From: the human T2T-CHM13v2.0 reference genome, Homo sapiens
Assembly: GCF_009914755.1 (NCBI RefSeq)
Contig: NC_060925.1
DNA length: 64,000 bases
Direction: 5' to 3' (one strand)
The position numbers were made by a program, and so were the translations under genes. Below the pieces are notes generated by a model. That model did no database searches, was not told where the DNA came from, and saw nothing but the letters and a program-made list of their open reading frames with translations. Shown here piece by piece: positions 18,314-35,802 of the stretch (its first letter is position 1; each line of letters opens with the position of its first letter).

Positions 18314-19650
18314 TCATGCTTCCGAGTCATTCAGCAAAGGGAAAGCAGAGTCTCTGGAGGAGCATTCCTGGAACTAATGGGGCATTCCTGCAAATAAAGC
18401 CCCACTCACTAAATGTAAGCTGACAGATCAACACATACCAAATAGATACATTCCCCTGCTAGGTGGTCAACAGAAGAAAAGAAGATGAGAAAAGAATCAC
18501 TGGAAGGTTGAATCTGCTTGAGAGTATTAATCCTAGTGTACTCAGACAAATCCCCACATTCTGAAATGAAGAGGTAGGGACCACAGGGCCTACACATCCT
18601 ACCATCACTAGGTCCCTCCCAAAGTACAAAATCAAGAAAAACTTAAAAAAAATGCATCTTAATCTTTTGTAAATTGTAACTGAATACATAAATTATGCTA
18701 CTTAATGCTTTTAATAGAGAAATAATGAAAAGTTTCTACTAAAGTTTAAAACTAGCTAGAATTTATCTCCTCAAATCAACCTGCATCCTAGTTTTCTTTT
18801 TTAAATCAGTTTTTTTCCTTTTAAAAAAATTGCATTTACTTACTCTTCTGTGTTGACTAACAGGAAGCTCAGAGCAAATTTAGGACTCAATTGCCAAGAA
18901 CTATTTTATCCTAGGCTCTTTATCTTTCCAAAACCTTAATTTTTTTTTTTAGATTCAGATTATCCTACTCTATGTGTGTTTTACTATTGTTCTTGGTCCA
19001 AAATAATTTTTATAAGTAGAGGCAGGGAATATATTATGAATAAAATAAAATGTCTTAATGAAAATGTAATATTTTCATACTTAAAACTGAATTCTTCCTT
19101 TGTTTAGTTTCAACATTCATTCAACATATATTAATTAACATCTATGCGCAAGGTACTCTGCTAAGTGCTCTGCATGAAATACATCTGTATGGGTCAAAAA
19201 GGGGGCATGAAATATTTGTACACACATTTGCACACACAACGCAAGATACCAAATGTTATATAAGAAGAACCAACATTACAAAAGTACATAGGAAAGAAGG
19301 ATCTTTCAATCTATTGAGAAGCAAGGGCATTTTTAGATTTGAAAAAAAAATTTTCCTCTTTATTTAAATATAAAACACATTTATAGCATGCAAGTTGACT
19401 TAAAATTAAATGGTGTCTTCCCAGACCAAGTATTTGTGAATGTATCCTCAAGCACTGAAAATAAACCAACATATTCGACAGGTGGACTCAGACTCTTCTG
19501 TCACCTCATGTCAAATGGAGTTAAACACAAATTGAGTAGAATTTTTAAGGGGAAAAACTGTCATCTTTTGGACATACAAAAAAGTTGTCTCATACATCAA
19601 CTATTAAATTCCTTGGCTGATAAAAGGATCCATCTTGAAAAATAACATAA

Positions 19651-20109
<459 letters not shown>

Positions 20110-20761
20110 TAATTTATTTAAAATAAAATATATATTAGTAATTAAACCACACATAATCTCATTTAGTATATCCTTAGGAATTCCCGGCTTTAGAACTTTT
20201 CTGAAACAAAAAGCTTATTTCTCCTATTACAGGAATCTCAAAAAATATTTTAATGGCATAAAAGATAATTCAAATAAAAAGCTTTATTATACAAAAAATA
20301 TGTCTATTTTCTGATTAATATCAGTCTGTCTAGAATAATAACAATTATCATTATTAAGCTATGTGAATATCAGAATTACTTAAGTTATTCAATTATTTAA
20401 TATTTTTCCTTTCTTTCTGAAGGCAAAGGTACTTGATAGTGAACTGGGAGTGGCAAGGAATAGATATTTGTTGCAACGGAGGACAGTAATAAGAAGGAAT
20501 GAACATAAATTGATATAATAGGAGCATTTAGAATATGACTTATATTAACTGCTATGATACTTGGGCCATAAGCCAGAGGAGATGGTACAGTCTTCTTTTT
20601 AAAATTATATTTAAAAAAATGTTTGGAACTCAGACCAATCTATACATAGAGTGACAAAGAATGAACTCTAATAGTTCTTCCTTCTCTCTAGTTATACTGA
20701 ATTGATACATTTTTGGAATCTGTCTAGATTTATGTAAATACAGACTTAAGCCTCTACTCAC

Positions 20762-20817
20762 CGAACTTTCAACTGTATCAGAAGCATTATCTTCCACAAA
20801 ATACATTCCACATTTAC
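20762..20817 (-). CDS. LYST: LYST coding exon (~38), PH-like domain
   Basis: 56 nt; GKCGMYFVEDNASDTVESS; CAG acceptor, GTGAGT donor; phases 1/0 fit the neighbours. Confidence 0.96.
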
Positions 20818-21574
20818 CTGCAGAAAGTAATTGGATATAAGGGTTTTAAAATGTATGTGCACACTACCATTCATGGTTTAATGCATGGTCTCTGGAGTCC
20901 TTTGGTCTGAATTTGAATCTCACTACCTCGACACAGTTCCTGGCACTCAATAAATATTTTTGAATAGTATCCATGAAGTCTTGGGCAAGTTGCTTTACCT
21001 CTTTGTGTCTTAATTTCTTTATTAAAAAAAAAGGTTGCAGGGAGCTCTATTTCACAGAGCTACTATGGAAATTAAATTAGAATATATGCAAAATGCATAT
21101 GTGCTCAGTGCTAAATAAATGTTGGCTATTTATTATTACCATTATTCTTACATTACTAGCATATAGATTTGCTTTATTTTGTTCCACACTAATTGAAGTC
21201 AAGTGGTAAACCAAATTATCTAGCCAAAGGGAAATCCTTAATTATTTTGCAGACTGAGACACTCAATAGGGTAGAGTAGGCCCTAAACATAGCCTCCAAC
21301 TTTTTCCTGTTTCATAGGCTGGCTGTTGCTAACCCATGTCCCTACATCGTGTTTTAAAATGTTGGGAACTTCTCTGAGGTTCCGCCCCCTGCATGCTCAT
21401 CACCCTCGAGTAGTGAAGTAGTGAAGTAGTGAAGTAGTGGCATGGCTAGCTCAGAGAAGGGTACTATCTCCATCCTTGTGACGGTGGGGCTCAGTCCCAG
21501 CAGGCTTGAAGCTCCATATCTTGGACCTTGGAGGCTATAGCTTACAACATTCATTCTCGAATTTGAAGGTACAT

Positions 21575-21735
21575 CAAATCACTGGAGGGCTCATCAGAAC
21601 ATAGACTGCTGGGCCCCACCCTCAGAATTTCAGATTCATCAAGTCTGGACTGAGGCGTGAGAATGTGCAATTCTAAGAAGCTCCCATGAGATGCTGATGC
21701 TACTAATTCAGGGTTCTCACACTTGGAGAACCTAG
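21575..21735. mobile_element. MER5A-like DNA transposon
   Basis: GACTGCTGGGCCCCACCCTCAGAATTTCAGATTCA...CACACTTGGAGAACC. Confidence 0.7.
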
Positions 21736-22281
21736 CCTACAGCATACAGATTGATTCTTTAAGGGAATAGAGATCAAGTGGTATAATTGTTTTCCTTCAT
21801 ATTTTGAGAATAAAATTTTCAAACAAATATAACTATATAGGTATCTATGGACTAACAATCTTGTCCTTTCTCTCAGAAGCACAATAGAGAATATAAATTA
21901 TGGACAATCTTAAAATAGACATATTTCTTATGGACAGTTATATCTGATAAAATAGTAGGTAAGATATCAACAATTTTTCACTTTAAAAAATCTAAATTGG
22001 CATATAATAAAAGAAATGGTTAAATATAAATTTGCATATCATGAAGAAACAATTTTATAAAAACTAAAATGCTATTCATGTGCTTTTCAGAACACAAGAT
22101 ATCATTTCTTCACATTCATGACTCATATGCAATTACATATAATGTTAAGGCAAATTAGCCTATATGATACTACAGAAAGTTTATCCAATTTAATGGCATG
22201 CTGTCAAAAAACACTTTAAATAATCTAAGAATCAAATAAGGCAGGGTGAATATGTGCAAAATTCTTCAAAATTTGACTTAC

Positions 22282-22343
22282 CTAGTAACAATTCACCAGC
22301 TGTCTCTCTAGATGGTGCAACACTGATGCATCTTCGATTCACT
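22282..22343 (-). CDS. LYST: LYST coding exon (~37), start of PH-like domain
   Basis: 62 nt; [22 protein letters not shown]; CAG acceptor, GTAAGT donor. Confidence 0.96.
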
Positions 22344-23180
22344 CTGTCAAAACATATTTAAAATTACTATGACTAAATGTTCTGACCAATTTCAGAGAGG
22401 ATATGCTTTATTTTACCTAGTAAAAGATTTCTGCAAAGCAGACTAGATAGAGTTCCAATAGCATGAGGTATCTTGTCGAAACCCACATGAAAATATTAGC
22501 TCCTTTTTAGCATTCTATTAGAAGAGAAATGACTGAAACGCCTAGAAAAGGCTAATAATCCCTATAACCTGTAGACAGAATATAGAAATTAAGTTATTTA
22601 AAAGAGATATCAATATTTTATATTTTCTAATAAATAAGCAAACATTGTTTCATGCCTCTGATACTTCAGATACATTTTTTGTGTGTGCTCTATTTATTTT
22701 TGTATTATTATTTTGTATTATTTATTTGTTATATACTATTATTGTATTATTTACATTATTATGAAGGTAATTTATCAAATACATTTTTAAAAAAGCCTAG
22801 TATTCTAGGAAAAACAGAGGATTTGGAATCAGAAAGTTCCTTTGTGTTCTTAGCCAATTATCTTCTTTGTGTCTCAGTTTTTCATCTATGAAATGGGTAT
22901 AATAACAACCACAATAACTGCAATGATAATACTATCAATAGTTAATATATAATAACATACTTAATACTCAACAACGCTATGATACCTATTATTATTTCTT
23001 CATTTAATAGATGAGGTAACTGAGACAGAGAGGTTAGGTAACTTGCCTAAGATTAAAGAGCTAGTAAGAGCAGGAACTGGAATCTAAACCTTTAATCACT
23101 ACGTTATATTGCCGCTTGATGATACCACCAGCAGCTCTATCTATATTAATAGATAGAGATGTTAAACAGTCAATTACAAA

Positions 23181-23249
23181 ATATGTGTGTGTATACATAT
23201 ATATGGGTATATATATATGTACCCATATATGTGTATATATATACATATT

Positions 23250-23284
<35 letters not shown>
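23181..23284. repeat. TA/TG-rich quasi-palindrome followed by (TG)15
   Basis: Read directly from sequence. Confidence 0.9.
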
Positions 23285-23288
<4 letters not shown>

Positions 23289-23514
23289 AAACTAACAAGG
23301 GCCAGAACATGATGACTGAAATCCCATGAACTCTTGCTGTCAGAAATGTCATTTCCTTTTGGATTTTGGCCATATAACCTTGTCCTCCCTTGAGCCTTTC
23401 CTGTTTAGGATTTTTCTGAAAATGATGGCATTATATAAAATAAATATTACATAAACACTACAATAAGCTGTTGTATATTCATGAAAGAGTGAAGGTCTAT
23501 TGATTCAAAGTTAC

Positions 23515-23611
23515 CTTATAGATTCACTTGCAGCTTTGTCTTTGACAGTAGAAGAGAAAGAAGAATGAGTTTTGTCTTCAAACAGGTAAGAGAGTGGTGG
23601 TTTGACAACAT
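23515..23611 (-). CDS. LYST: LYST coding exon (~36)
   Basis: 97 nt; [33 protein letters not shown]. Confidence 0.96.
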
Positions 23612-23699
23612 CTGTTGAGGAGAAAAGTAAATATTATCTTTATCTAATGACCATAGTTCTCTGCTATATTTATATGTTGAGTCAAGAAGCCACTATTAC

Positions 23700-23845
23700 C
23701 TTCTGATTTCTGTCTATCCCTAAGGAGATACTTATTTGGAATAGTTAAATAACATCTCTGTAAACGTCTCCTCTCTCGATTTGGCCCTTCTGTTGGATCC
23801 AACTGCCATGAGGTTGGATAGTAGATGGGGTCATACCATACTGCT
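23700..23845 (-). CDS. LYST: LYST coding exon (~35)
   Basis: 146 nt; [31 protein letters not shown] (WxLDxTEGPxRxRRRL motif of BEACH proteins). Confidence 0.97.
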
Positions 23846-24201
23846 CTGCAAGTAAAAAGATTAAAGGGTGTTTTAAGTGACCATCCAGGACTTGTAGCTA
23901 TAAAAAAAATCATTATAGAGATTGAGTAAGTAAGTCACAACTGATCTGTTAATTTAAAAACTCCAAATGTTTATATATTTGATCAGGGAATGCATATACA
24001 AGTAGAAGTAATAAAATCTAAGTGTCTTTTTGCTCCTGAATCCCAGTCTCCCAGTTCCTCGCCTGAAGGCAAGCTCTGCTTCCAGTTTCTTTCAACTATT
24101 AAATTTTTTAAAAGATATGTAATGACTACTATGAACACTTTAGCAACATAATACAACATGCTGGATTTAATATGGTTAGGTAAATTTTTTTTCCAAATTA
24201 A

Positions 24202-24526
<325 letters not shown>

Positions 24527-24967
24527 TCATTTTGCCTACTCTCTAATGAAACAAATAAAATCAATTTCTTTCTGTGGTATGAATCACATTTTTAAAAAGA
24601 TTTTAAAATAAATTTTATCTTAGATGAAATAAGACAGGAAAAACATATTAAGTACATTTTTAGAAATAAATAAGAGAAAAAAATACCCTTATTCATACCC
24701 TAAACATACCAAAATACTGGTAGCGGTTGTTGTCTTTTTTTTTTAAAACGTGCATCTGTTTTTAATTTGTAGTTATGATCATTATGATCATTTTTCTATA
24801 ACTTGCCTTATTTTACTGAAACAGTATTATCTTTATCTCATCATTTTGAATGGCTGCCCAATAAAGAGGTAGATGCATTGTAATGTATTTAACCATATTA
24901 CGGTTTATAACTTGTTTCTAATTCATTCACTAGCATAAATAATGCAGAGATGAAAACTTTTATGTTT

Positions 24968-25135
24968 ACTTTCTTTTTCTTTTTCTTTTTTGACAGGGTC
25001 TCATTCTGTTGCCCAGGCCAGAGTGCAGTGGCATGTTCATAGCTCACTGTAGCCTTGAACTCCTGGGCTCAAGTGATCCTCCCGCCTCAGCCTCCCAAAG
25101 TACTAGACTACAGGTGTGAGCCACTGTGCCTGGCC
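24968..25135 (-). mobile_element. Alu monomer (FLAM/FRAM-like)
   Basis: Single Alu arm with T-rich tail. Confidence 0.85.
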
Positions 25136-26171
25136 TGCCTTCCATATTTCGAATATTTTCCTTAGGATAGAATCACTAAAATAGGATAACTGAAGCTAGA
25201 AGTAAAATGTTTTTAGGATGATTAATACATATTGTCAAAATGTACAATGCCACCAAAGTTCTGAGTAAGGACAGCTAATATCCTGCGGTGAATATTAGCA
25301 GCCAAAATTTTTGTTAACATAAAAAGTAAAATGTGGTATCTAGAGGTTCTAGAAAACCAAATTAGCCTCTAGCAATATTGAATATTTTCCCGTGTGTTTG
25401 GTAATTCATTTGTCTTATGTGAGGAATGTGTTCATGCCTTTTGCTCATTCAAACTTCTGGGATCATAATATTTTACTTTAGAATCTGTGTAAGTTTTTCA
25501 AACAATAAAAATAACTTTATTTGCTGAAAATATATTTCCAGGCTTTTTTGTTCTTGTTATGGTTGTTAAATACACTGGAAAAAATTAAGGTTAAAATCCA
25601 TTGATTTATTTGCAGTTTCTTCTATTGCATTTGAGCTTAGAAAGTCATCTATCCTTCAAAGAGTTGACAAATATCCTATTATCTTCTACTTTATAAACTT
25701 TTCGAGTAATTCTTTTATCCATATGGAATTTACTTTAGTGTCTAATGTTTAGTGTATTTTAGTACACCAAAGTCACATGAATAAGTTATCTTAACTAAAT
25801 TTAGAGAATAATACCTTGATTTCCCGCTTTTTGTTATTTGTAATACATATTTTAAATTAGTTAGAAAAATATATTTTTCTCAACCATCCTGTTTCAGTGA
25901 TTTCTCTATTCTTTTACAGACCATATTTTAAAATTAAGCTAATTTTACTATCTAGATGAGCTACTGCCCCCCTCATTACTTTTCTTCCTCAAGAATTAAA
26001 AAAAACTCATATGATTATTCTTTAAGATGAAAAAAACATCACAAATGATTAAACAAAAAATTGTTTAATGAAATGATTTTATGAGTCTGAATTCTGGAAT
26101 ACAAATTCCGTTTAACATCAATATCTTAAATCTTCATGGAAGACAATTTTAACTGACCTCCCGCAGCTTAC

Positions 26172-26360
26172 CTATCATGTGTCAGCTGCTGAATAAGTTC
26201 CTGCCAATGTCTGCTGGCACTCAAATCTACTTTATACATTCCTCTAATATGCTGGATCACCTTTTTTCTCTCATTTCCTTGGGAGAGAGACACTGCCTGG
26301 GTGATATCTGCAGCTATTTTAGATATATCCTTTGATTTTGAATCCAGACGCTGAAAGAGA
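26172..26360 (-). CDS. LYST: LYST coding exon (~34)
   Basis: 189 nt, phase 2-2; [24 protein letters not shown]...[12 protein letters not shown]. Confidence 0.96.
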
Positions 26361-26498
26361 CTAAACAAATAATAAGATTGTCCATAGTTAAGCATACATG
26401 GAACGTATTTATCAGAACATGATACTTTAAAACTAAAAGTATATGTGAAATCTAATGGATTCCTAAAATACATGCCTTTGGAACATATAAAATCTTAC

Positions 26499-26575
26499 CT
26501 TTGTTGATTATTGTTAACTGTTTTCTGCCAAGCAGCTTTATTCACTCCTTCTTCAGTTTCATATTTCTTTTGTTC
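26499..26575 (-). CDS. LYST: LYST coding exon (~33)
   Basis: 77 nt; EQKKYETEEGVNKAAWQKTVNNNQQ. Confidence 0.96.
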
Positions 26576-27151
26576 CTAGAAGATTTAGATAATAATATAC
26601 TATATAAAATTTATTATTTCTCACCTAACATTGTCACAGAGCCCAACAAACTAATTTTAAAACCCAGTTAACAAAGGAAAAACAATTGTCCCTAGGAGAC
26701 CAGAATATTAAAATAAATGAACCATCTAAACAATGTTATAATGTTATAATTCTGTGTCTATATAATTTAGGTCACATAAGTTAGAGTAGAATGGTTAACC
26801 AGGGTTGCTAAACCTGATGAGTTTACATAGTTGCTTGCCTCCTTACTCTGCTTTTTCATTAAAGAACCTCTAACTCAAGGTATGCTTCAGCTTGCTTGTC
26901 ACTTTAAAAATCTTTCCTTCACTGAAGGCTACTGATAATGGATACTGATGACCACAGAGAACAAAATGCTCCTTAAAATAAGCCTATTTTTTCTCACATA
27001 GACAAAAGCAATATAGTATATAGGAAAAATAAAATAAAATAATCATTTCAAGTTCATCATCAATGATAGCCTGTTCTTAAAAAAGTAGTGTCAATCATTC
27101 TTTATCTATGATGGAATCTCCTAAGAAAGTACTATGGTTTCATTGACTCAC

Positions 27152-27328
27152 CTCTTTGATCATTTTAATAAGGTCTGCTTTTGTTGATGCACTGGGAGGG
27201 ATGCACTTGTGACCACATAACTTCAAAGCATTCATAAGCAGTTCTGCTGTGCCTAGCTCTTCTTCAGTCAATTCACCTTGGTGATTATGTATCAACTCTG
27301 ACAAATACAAAACTAACTTGGCTCCATG
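27152..27328 (-). CDS. LYST: LYST coding exon (~32)
   Basis: 177 nt; [26 protein letters not shown]...LIKMIKE; AAG acceptor. Confidence 0.96.
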
Positions 27329-29289
27329 CTTTAAAAAAAGTAATAATTTTTTAGTCATTTAGAATTTTAATTCTTACATTTAAATTACTTAGTAGTAATT
27401 AAATTATATTGCTAGATTTATTTGGTTGCATCTGATTTAAATAAAGCACCTACAAAAGACATTCTGAGGATAAGTACAGAAATCTGATTATGCACTGAGT
27501 ATTTGATGACAGAGGATTAATGCTAATTTTGTTAGATGTAATAATGTTATGTTACATAGGAAAACATTTAAAAAAAAGAATTTAGAGGTAAAATATCATA
27601 ATTTCTATATATATGTTAAAATAGTTCAGAAAAAGAAGAAATGATGTCAATATAATAAAAATAGTAACAACTGTTAAATCTAGGTGATGGTTCCATGGTA
27701 TTTATTACGCTATTCTTTCTAGTCTCTGTATGTTTGAAATTTTTTCATATAAAATATATTTTAAAAAGCAAGCAAACTAGCCAGCTAGCTTTTGGGGAAA
27801 GAATTTTGGAAAGGACTTGCTAAAGGAATACAGGAAAGAAACTGGGATAAAGGAAGATAATTTTTAGTTTTTCTCACAGAAAAACTGAACTAGAAGGGAA
27901 AGCTTCCTTTAGACCTTAAAACTTACTGACTCTTCTTCCTTTGGTGAAATTTCTGGAACTAAAACCTATCTTTAGTTTGTAAGCATTCACTACTCCCTAG
28001 AACAAAAGGTGAAAAACTCGCAAACCCCACGCAGACAATTCTATGTATGTATCCATGGCAGAGTTGTTTTAGCCAATCTTTTATTAACAGGCCCTAAAAC
28101 CAAAATTCACAGTGTTACTTAAGATAATGACAATTGGCCTTTGCAGCACAGACCTAAACCAAACGTTCATTCACGGTTTTTTAAGTGGCCCTTACATGCT
28201 GTAGATATTACACCTGATTCTACTGTGTACAGTATGTATTATTTAGACAATAATGTTGCCAACAAGTTAAACATATATATTTTACTTTAAAAATCAGCAT
28301 TGACACAAATATCACTGTATTTAGTTTTATGACATTTTAAACTGTGAATAGTATTAAATGTCAGCAAATGGATCTGGAAATGATTACATTTTGGGTGATA
28401 TTTAAATTAACATGCTGAATCACATCGTGTCATTTCCCAAAAGCAAAAGATGAACATATGCAATGGTGAAAATAGTACAGCTCATTTTAATGCAACATTT
28501 TAAATTAGTCAGAGACAGCTGCTACCTGACCAAAAGAGAAAAATGAACAGAAGCTCTGTGAGTAAAAGGCCTAAAGAGTTGGCAAATAAATAAAAACGGT
28601 ACATGACTAAAAGACTTTCCTAAGTGTGTCTTAAAGGTAATGATCTTGATATAACTTTAAAAATATTTCAGTTTGGTATTCAATGACATTCAAAAATTAT
28701 CTTGAAAAACTATCAGAAATGTTTTTATTCATTGTGAATATCAAAGGAAACACATGATTTTCTTAAACGCTTAAGTTGTTTCTAATATCTCATTTTAATA
28801 CCCTCTGATCACTTACTGATGATCATTTCAGGGACTATAAAAGGTGTCACTGGGAATAGATAACAAAAAACTCTTATTTTCAGCCCTTAAAAAACTGATT
28901 TAAGGAATTGAATCTGTTAAACATGAATCCTTAGAAAATAATAAAGTGCTAAAATATGTAAAATATTTCTTTTCAAAGAAGGTTCTAAGAAGGAAGAGTT
29001 CTGAGTAGACTACAGAAAGGGAGAAAGGTTTTAAAGAAGGTATAGAGTGATCTGGGTCATGGCCAAATGAATGGATAGAATGAGGATATAGATAGACAAA
29101 GGAGAGAGAGGTGTTCTGTGCTGGTGGACAATATGAATAAAACAGCATGACTGTAAAAATAAACAGGATGTGAAGAGGTTGCAAGACACAAAGATATGAT
29201 TATCTTGAAAAGAAGAGGGTCAGCAGGCTGGAGAGTTAATCAGAATCAAGTTGTAATGGCAAAGAAGTCTGGGGCTTAAAAAATCCAGG

Positions 29290-32475
<3,186 letters not shown>

Positions 32476-32929
32476 ATCCTCAGTCTTCGTGGGTGAATAA
32501 ACAACTGGCCTTGGTGACGAAATGGATTGAGAAAGAGAAGAAAAAGTCAACGACAACCACAGTTAAAAATTTCAAGCTGAAATTCAATAATGATACCACT
32601 GACAGACACGAAGTAGTGGGAAAGGGAAGATGGTATGAGAAAAAGTGGACTGTTAACACCGCAGTTGAATTTTGATGGATAGCAACTTTGCTGAGTATAA
32701 AGGAAAGAAAAAAACACCATTTCAAATTCTCCACAGAAGGAAAATACAGGCTAAATATGCTTCTGTCTTGGGAAAAGGAAGACAGTGCCCTCAGTGTACT
32801 TGAAAGTGTCTTAATACTGGAAAAAGCACCTAAAAGTATTCCTTCCAGATAGTTTTGACTCCTAATATGATATGAGTTTTCCATGTATTAAAGGGGATAC
32901 CTATCCTTTTTAATATATCCTCTCTCATC

Positions 32930-33585
32930 TCTATTGAGGTATAACTTACATATAATAAAGCATAGATATATTAAGTGTTTCTATGAGTTTTGACAATTGC
33001 ATACATCCATTTAACCACTACTCAAAATAAGACCTTATTTTTATCACCCCAGAAAGTTCCCTTAAACCTCTTTCCAGTCAATTCCCTTTCTCACCGTCCC
33101 CCTTCCACAGAGACAACTACTGTCCTGAATTCTATCGTCATATCTTGGTTTTGCTTGTTCCTTCAGATGAATAGAATCACAGATTGTACTCCTTTGTGTT
33201 TGGCTGTCCCTTTCCCCACTCAATGTTTCTGAGATTCATCCATAATGGTAGATGTACCAGTAGTCTGTTCCTTTTTAGAGCTGTATAATAGTCTATATGG
33301 TGCTGTAGAATAGTCTATACAGATTTCTCTCTACAGGTATAAAGAAATCACAATGTGTTTGTACATTCTTCTGTTGATAAGCATTTGAATATTTGTAGTT
33401 TTTGGCCATTATGAAAAAGGCTGACATAGATATTCTTAAACAAGCTTTTTTATGAACATATGTTTTAATTTCTTTTTCAGGTAAATATCTAAAAATGGAG
33501 TAACATGGTGACAAGTTAAATATATGTTTAATTTTTTAAGAAACTGTTAAACAGCCCTCCAATATGGTTTAATGTACCTTTTAAA
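32930..33585 (-). mobile_element. Old L1M fragment
   Basis: TATTGAGGTATAACTTACATATAATAAA...GAGTTTTGACAA...GAGATTCATCCAT. Confidence 0.7.
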
Positions 33586-34090
33586 CTTTCCAACTACCAC
33601 TCTTGAAGTGATAAACTTTATACACTCTGAAATTCTTTTAGGTATTTTGGGTTTGATTATTCCAAATGATTAATAATTTTTATCTATTTTAACTGACCAC
33701 ATATATTTTTGAGATATGTTATATATACTGTTGTTTGAGCTATTCAATATAGATGTTTCACAGGTAATATAATGCTTTTTTAAAAAGCCTCCAAACAATC
33801 CTTAAATAAAACACTTCAAGATGTGTTAACACATTACAAAGTTTCTGACAGAAACTCTGAAACAGAACTTCTTAATTTAGGCACTAGAAAAAAGATTGGG
33901 AAATAAACACAGAGGTTAAATTGAGCCTGTGTGAAAGCACCTGAGAAAGACCTTAGGTTAAATTTGCTTGGTAAGAAAATTATATTTATAAATTAGGCAT
34001 GAACATTCAGTTTAATTTCAGTTCTTGTTTTATTCAGACTTTGTATTTCACCAAACGTTTTACTTCTCTTATCAAAGCTGAGATACTTAC

Positions 34091-34297
34091 TTGTAGGGAT
34101 GGGCTGAGACAGTCTCGTAGTATTTCCTGATGATTTGGTTCATGAACTATTTCAAAAATTTGCTTTCTCTCTTGTGCAGCGTGGGCTGGCGACAAAATAT
34201 GCACTAGTAGTCTCCCAAGCTGCATTCGGAAGGTCTCCTTACAAGACCACAGAATTTTAGTCCATTGCTGCTTGGAACCACTGGCTTTACTTGAACC
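34091..34297 (-). CDS. LYST: LYST coding exon (~31)
   Basis: 207 nt; [37 protein letters not shown]...DCLSPSLQ. Confidence 0.97.
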
Positions 34298-34469
34298 CTA
34301 AAATCAATCAAGATAGGAATGAATTAGGATCAGACTGCTTAAGCAATACCATGCTAGCCTCAACACAGCCCTAAAGAAGATTATGGAACACGTTTTATTC
34401 CAGATTGGTTTTAATAGTCAAAATTAGAAAGAGATATACATATCCATACACATAGGAGTTTAAAAGAGA

Positions 34470-35275
<806 letters not shown>

Positions 35276-35481
35276 AAGAAGACATGGACAACGAAGCTAA
35301 AGTCCTAAGCCATGAAAAAATTACCAAAGGCTCAAAAATTATAAATTAAAAAAAAGCATCAAAGAACAATGATAAATAAGCCTACACTGATTTTGCAATA
35401 AAAAAGAGAAAGGATTCATAATAAAGACTTGAATTGTGCTACATTATTGAGTATAATAGTCACAAATTAAGCACTGCATAT

Positions 35482-35802
35482 AGCAGTACCCCCTTACCTG
35501 TGGTTTTGCTTTCCACAGTCAACCATGGTCTGAAAATAGTTAAGTACCGTATAATAAGGTATTTACTCATTGTAAAAAGGGAGAGACTACATTTACGTAA
35601 CTTTTATTAAAGTATATTGTTATAACTCTTGTTTTACTATTATTGTTAATCTCTTACTATGCTTAATTCATAAATTAGACTTTATCATAGGTATGTATGT
35701 ATGTGAAAAAAAATAGTATATACAGGTTTCAGTACCATCTGTGGTTTCAGGCATTCACCAGGGGTCCTGGAATGTATCCTCTGAAGATAAGGGGAAACTA
35801 CT
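35482..35802. mobile_element. Tigger2/MER8-like DNA transposon
   Basis: CAGTACCCCCTTACCTGTGG ... GATAAGGGGAAACTACT inverted termini. Confidence 0.7.

Noticed and set aside
26361-26498. 138-nt intron, a multiple of 3, that looks open in the ORF track
   Set aside because: Retention gives AGG-TAA immediately after the donor, so it is not an in-frame retained intron
32480-32884. 134-aa (-) and 60-aa (+) ORFs next to the pseudogene
   Set aside because: No recognisable homology or splice-phase support; compositionally biased sequence among L1 relics
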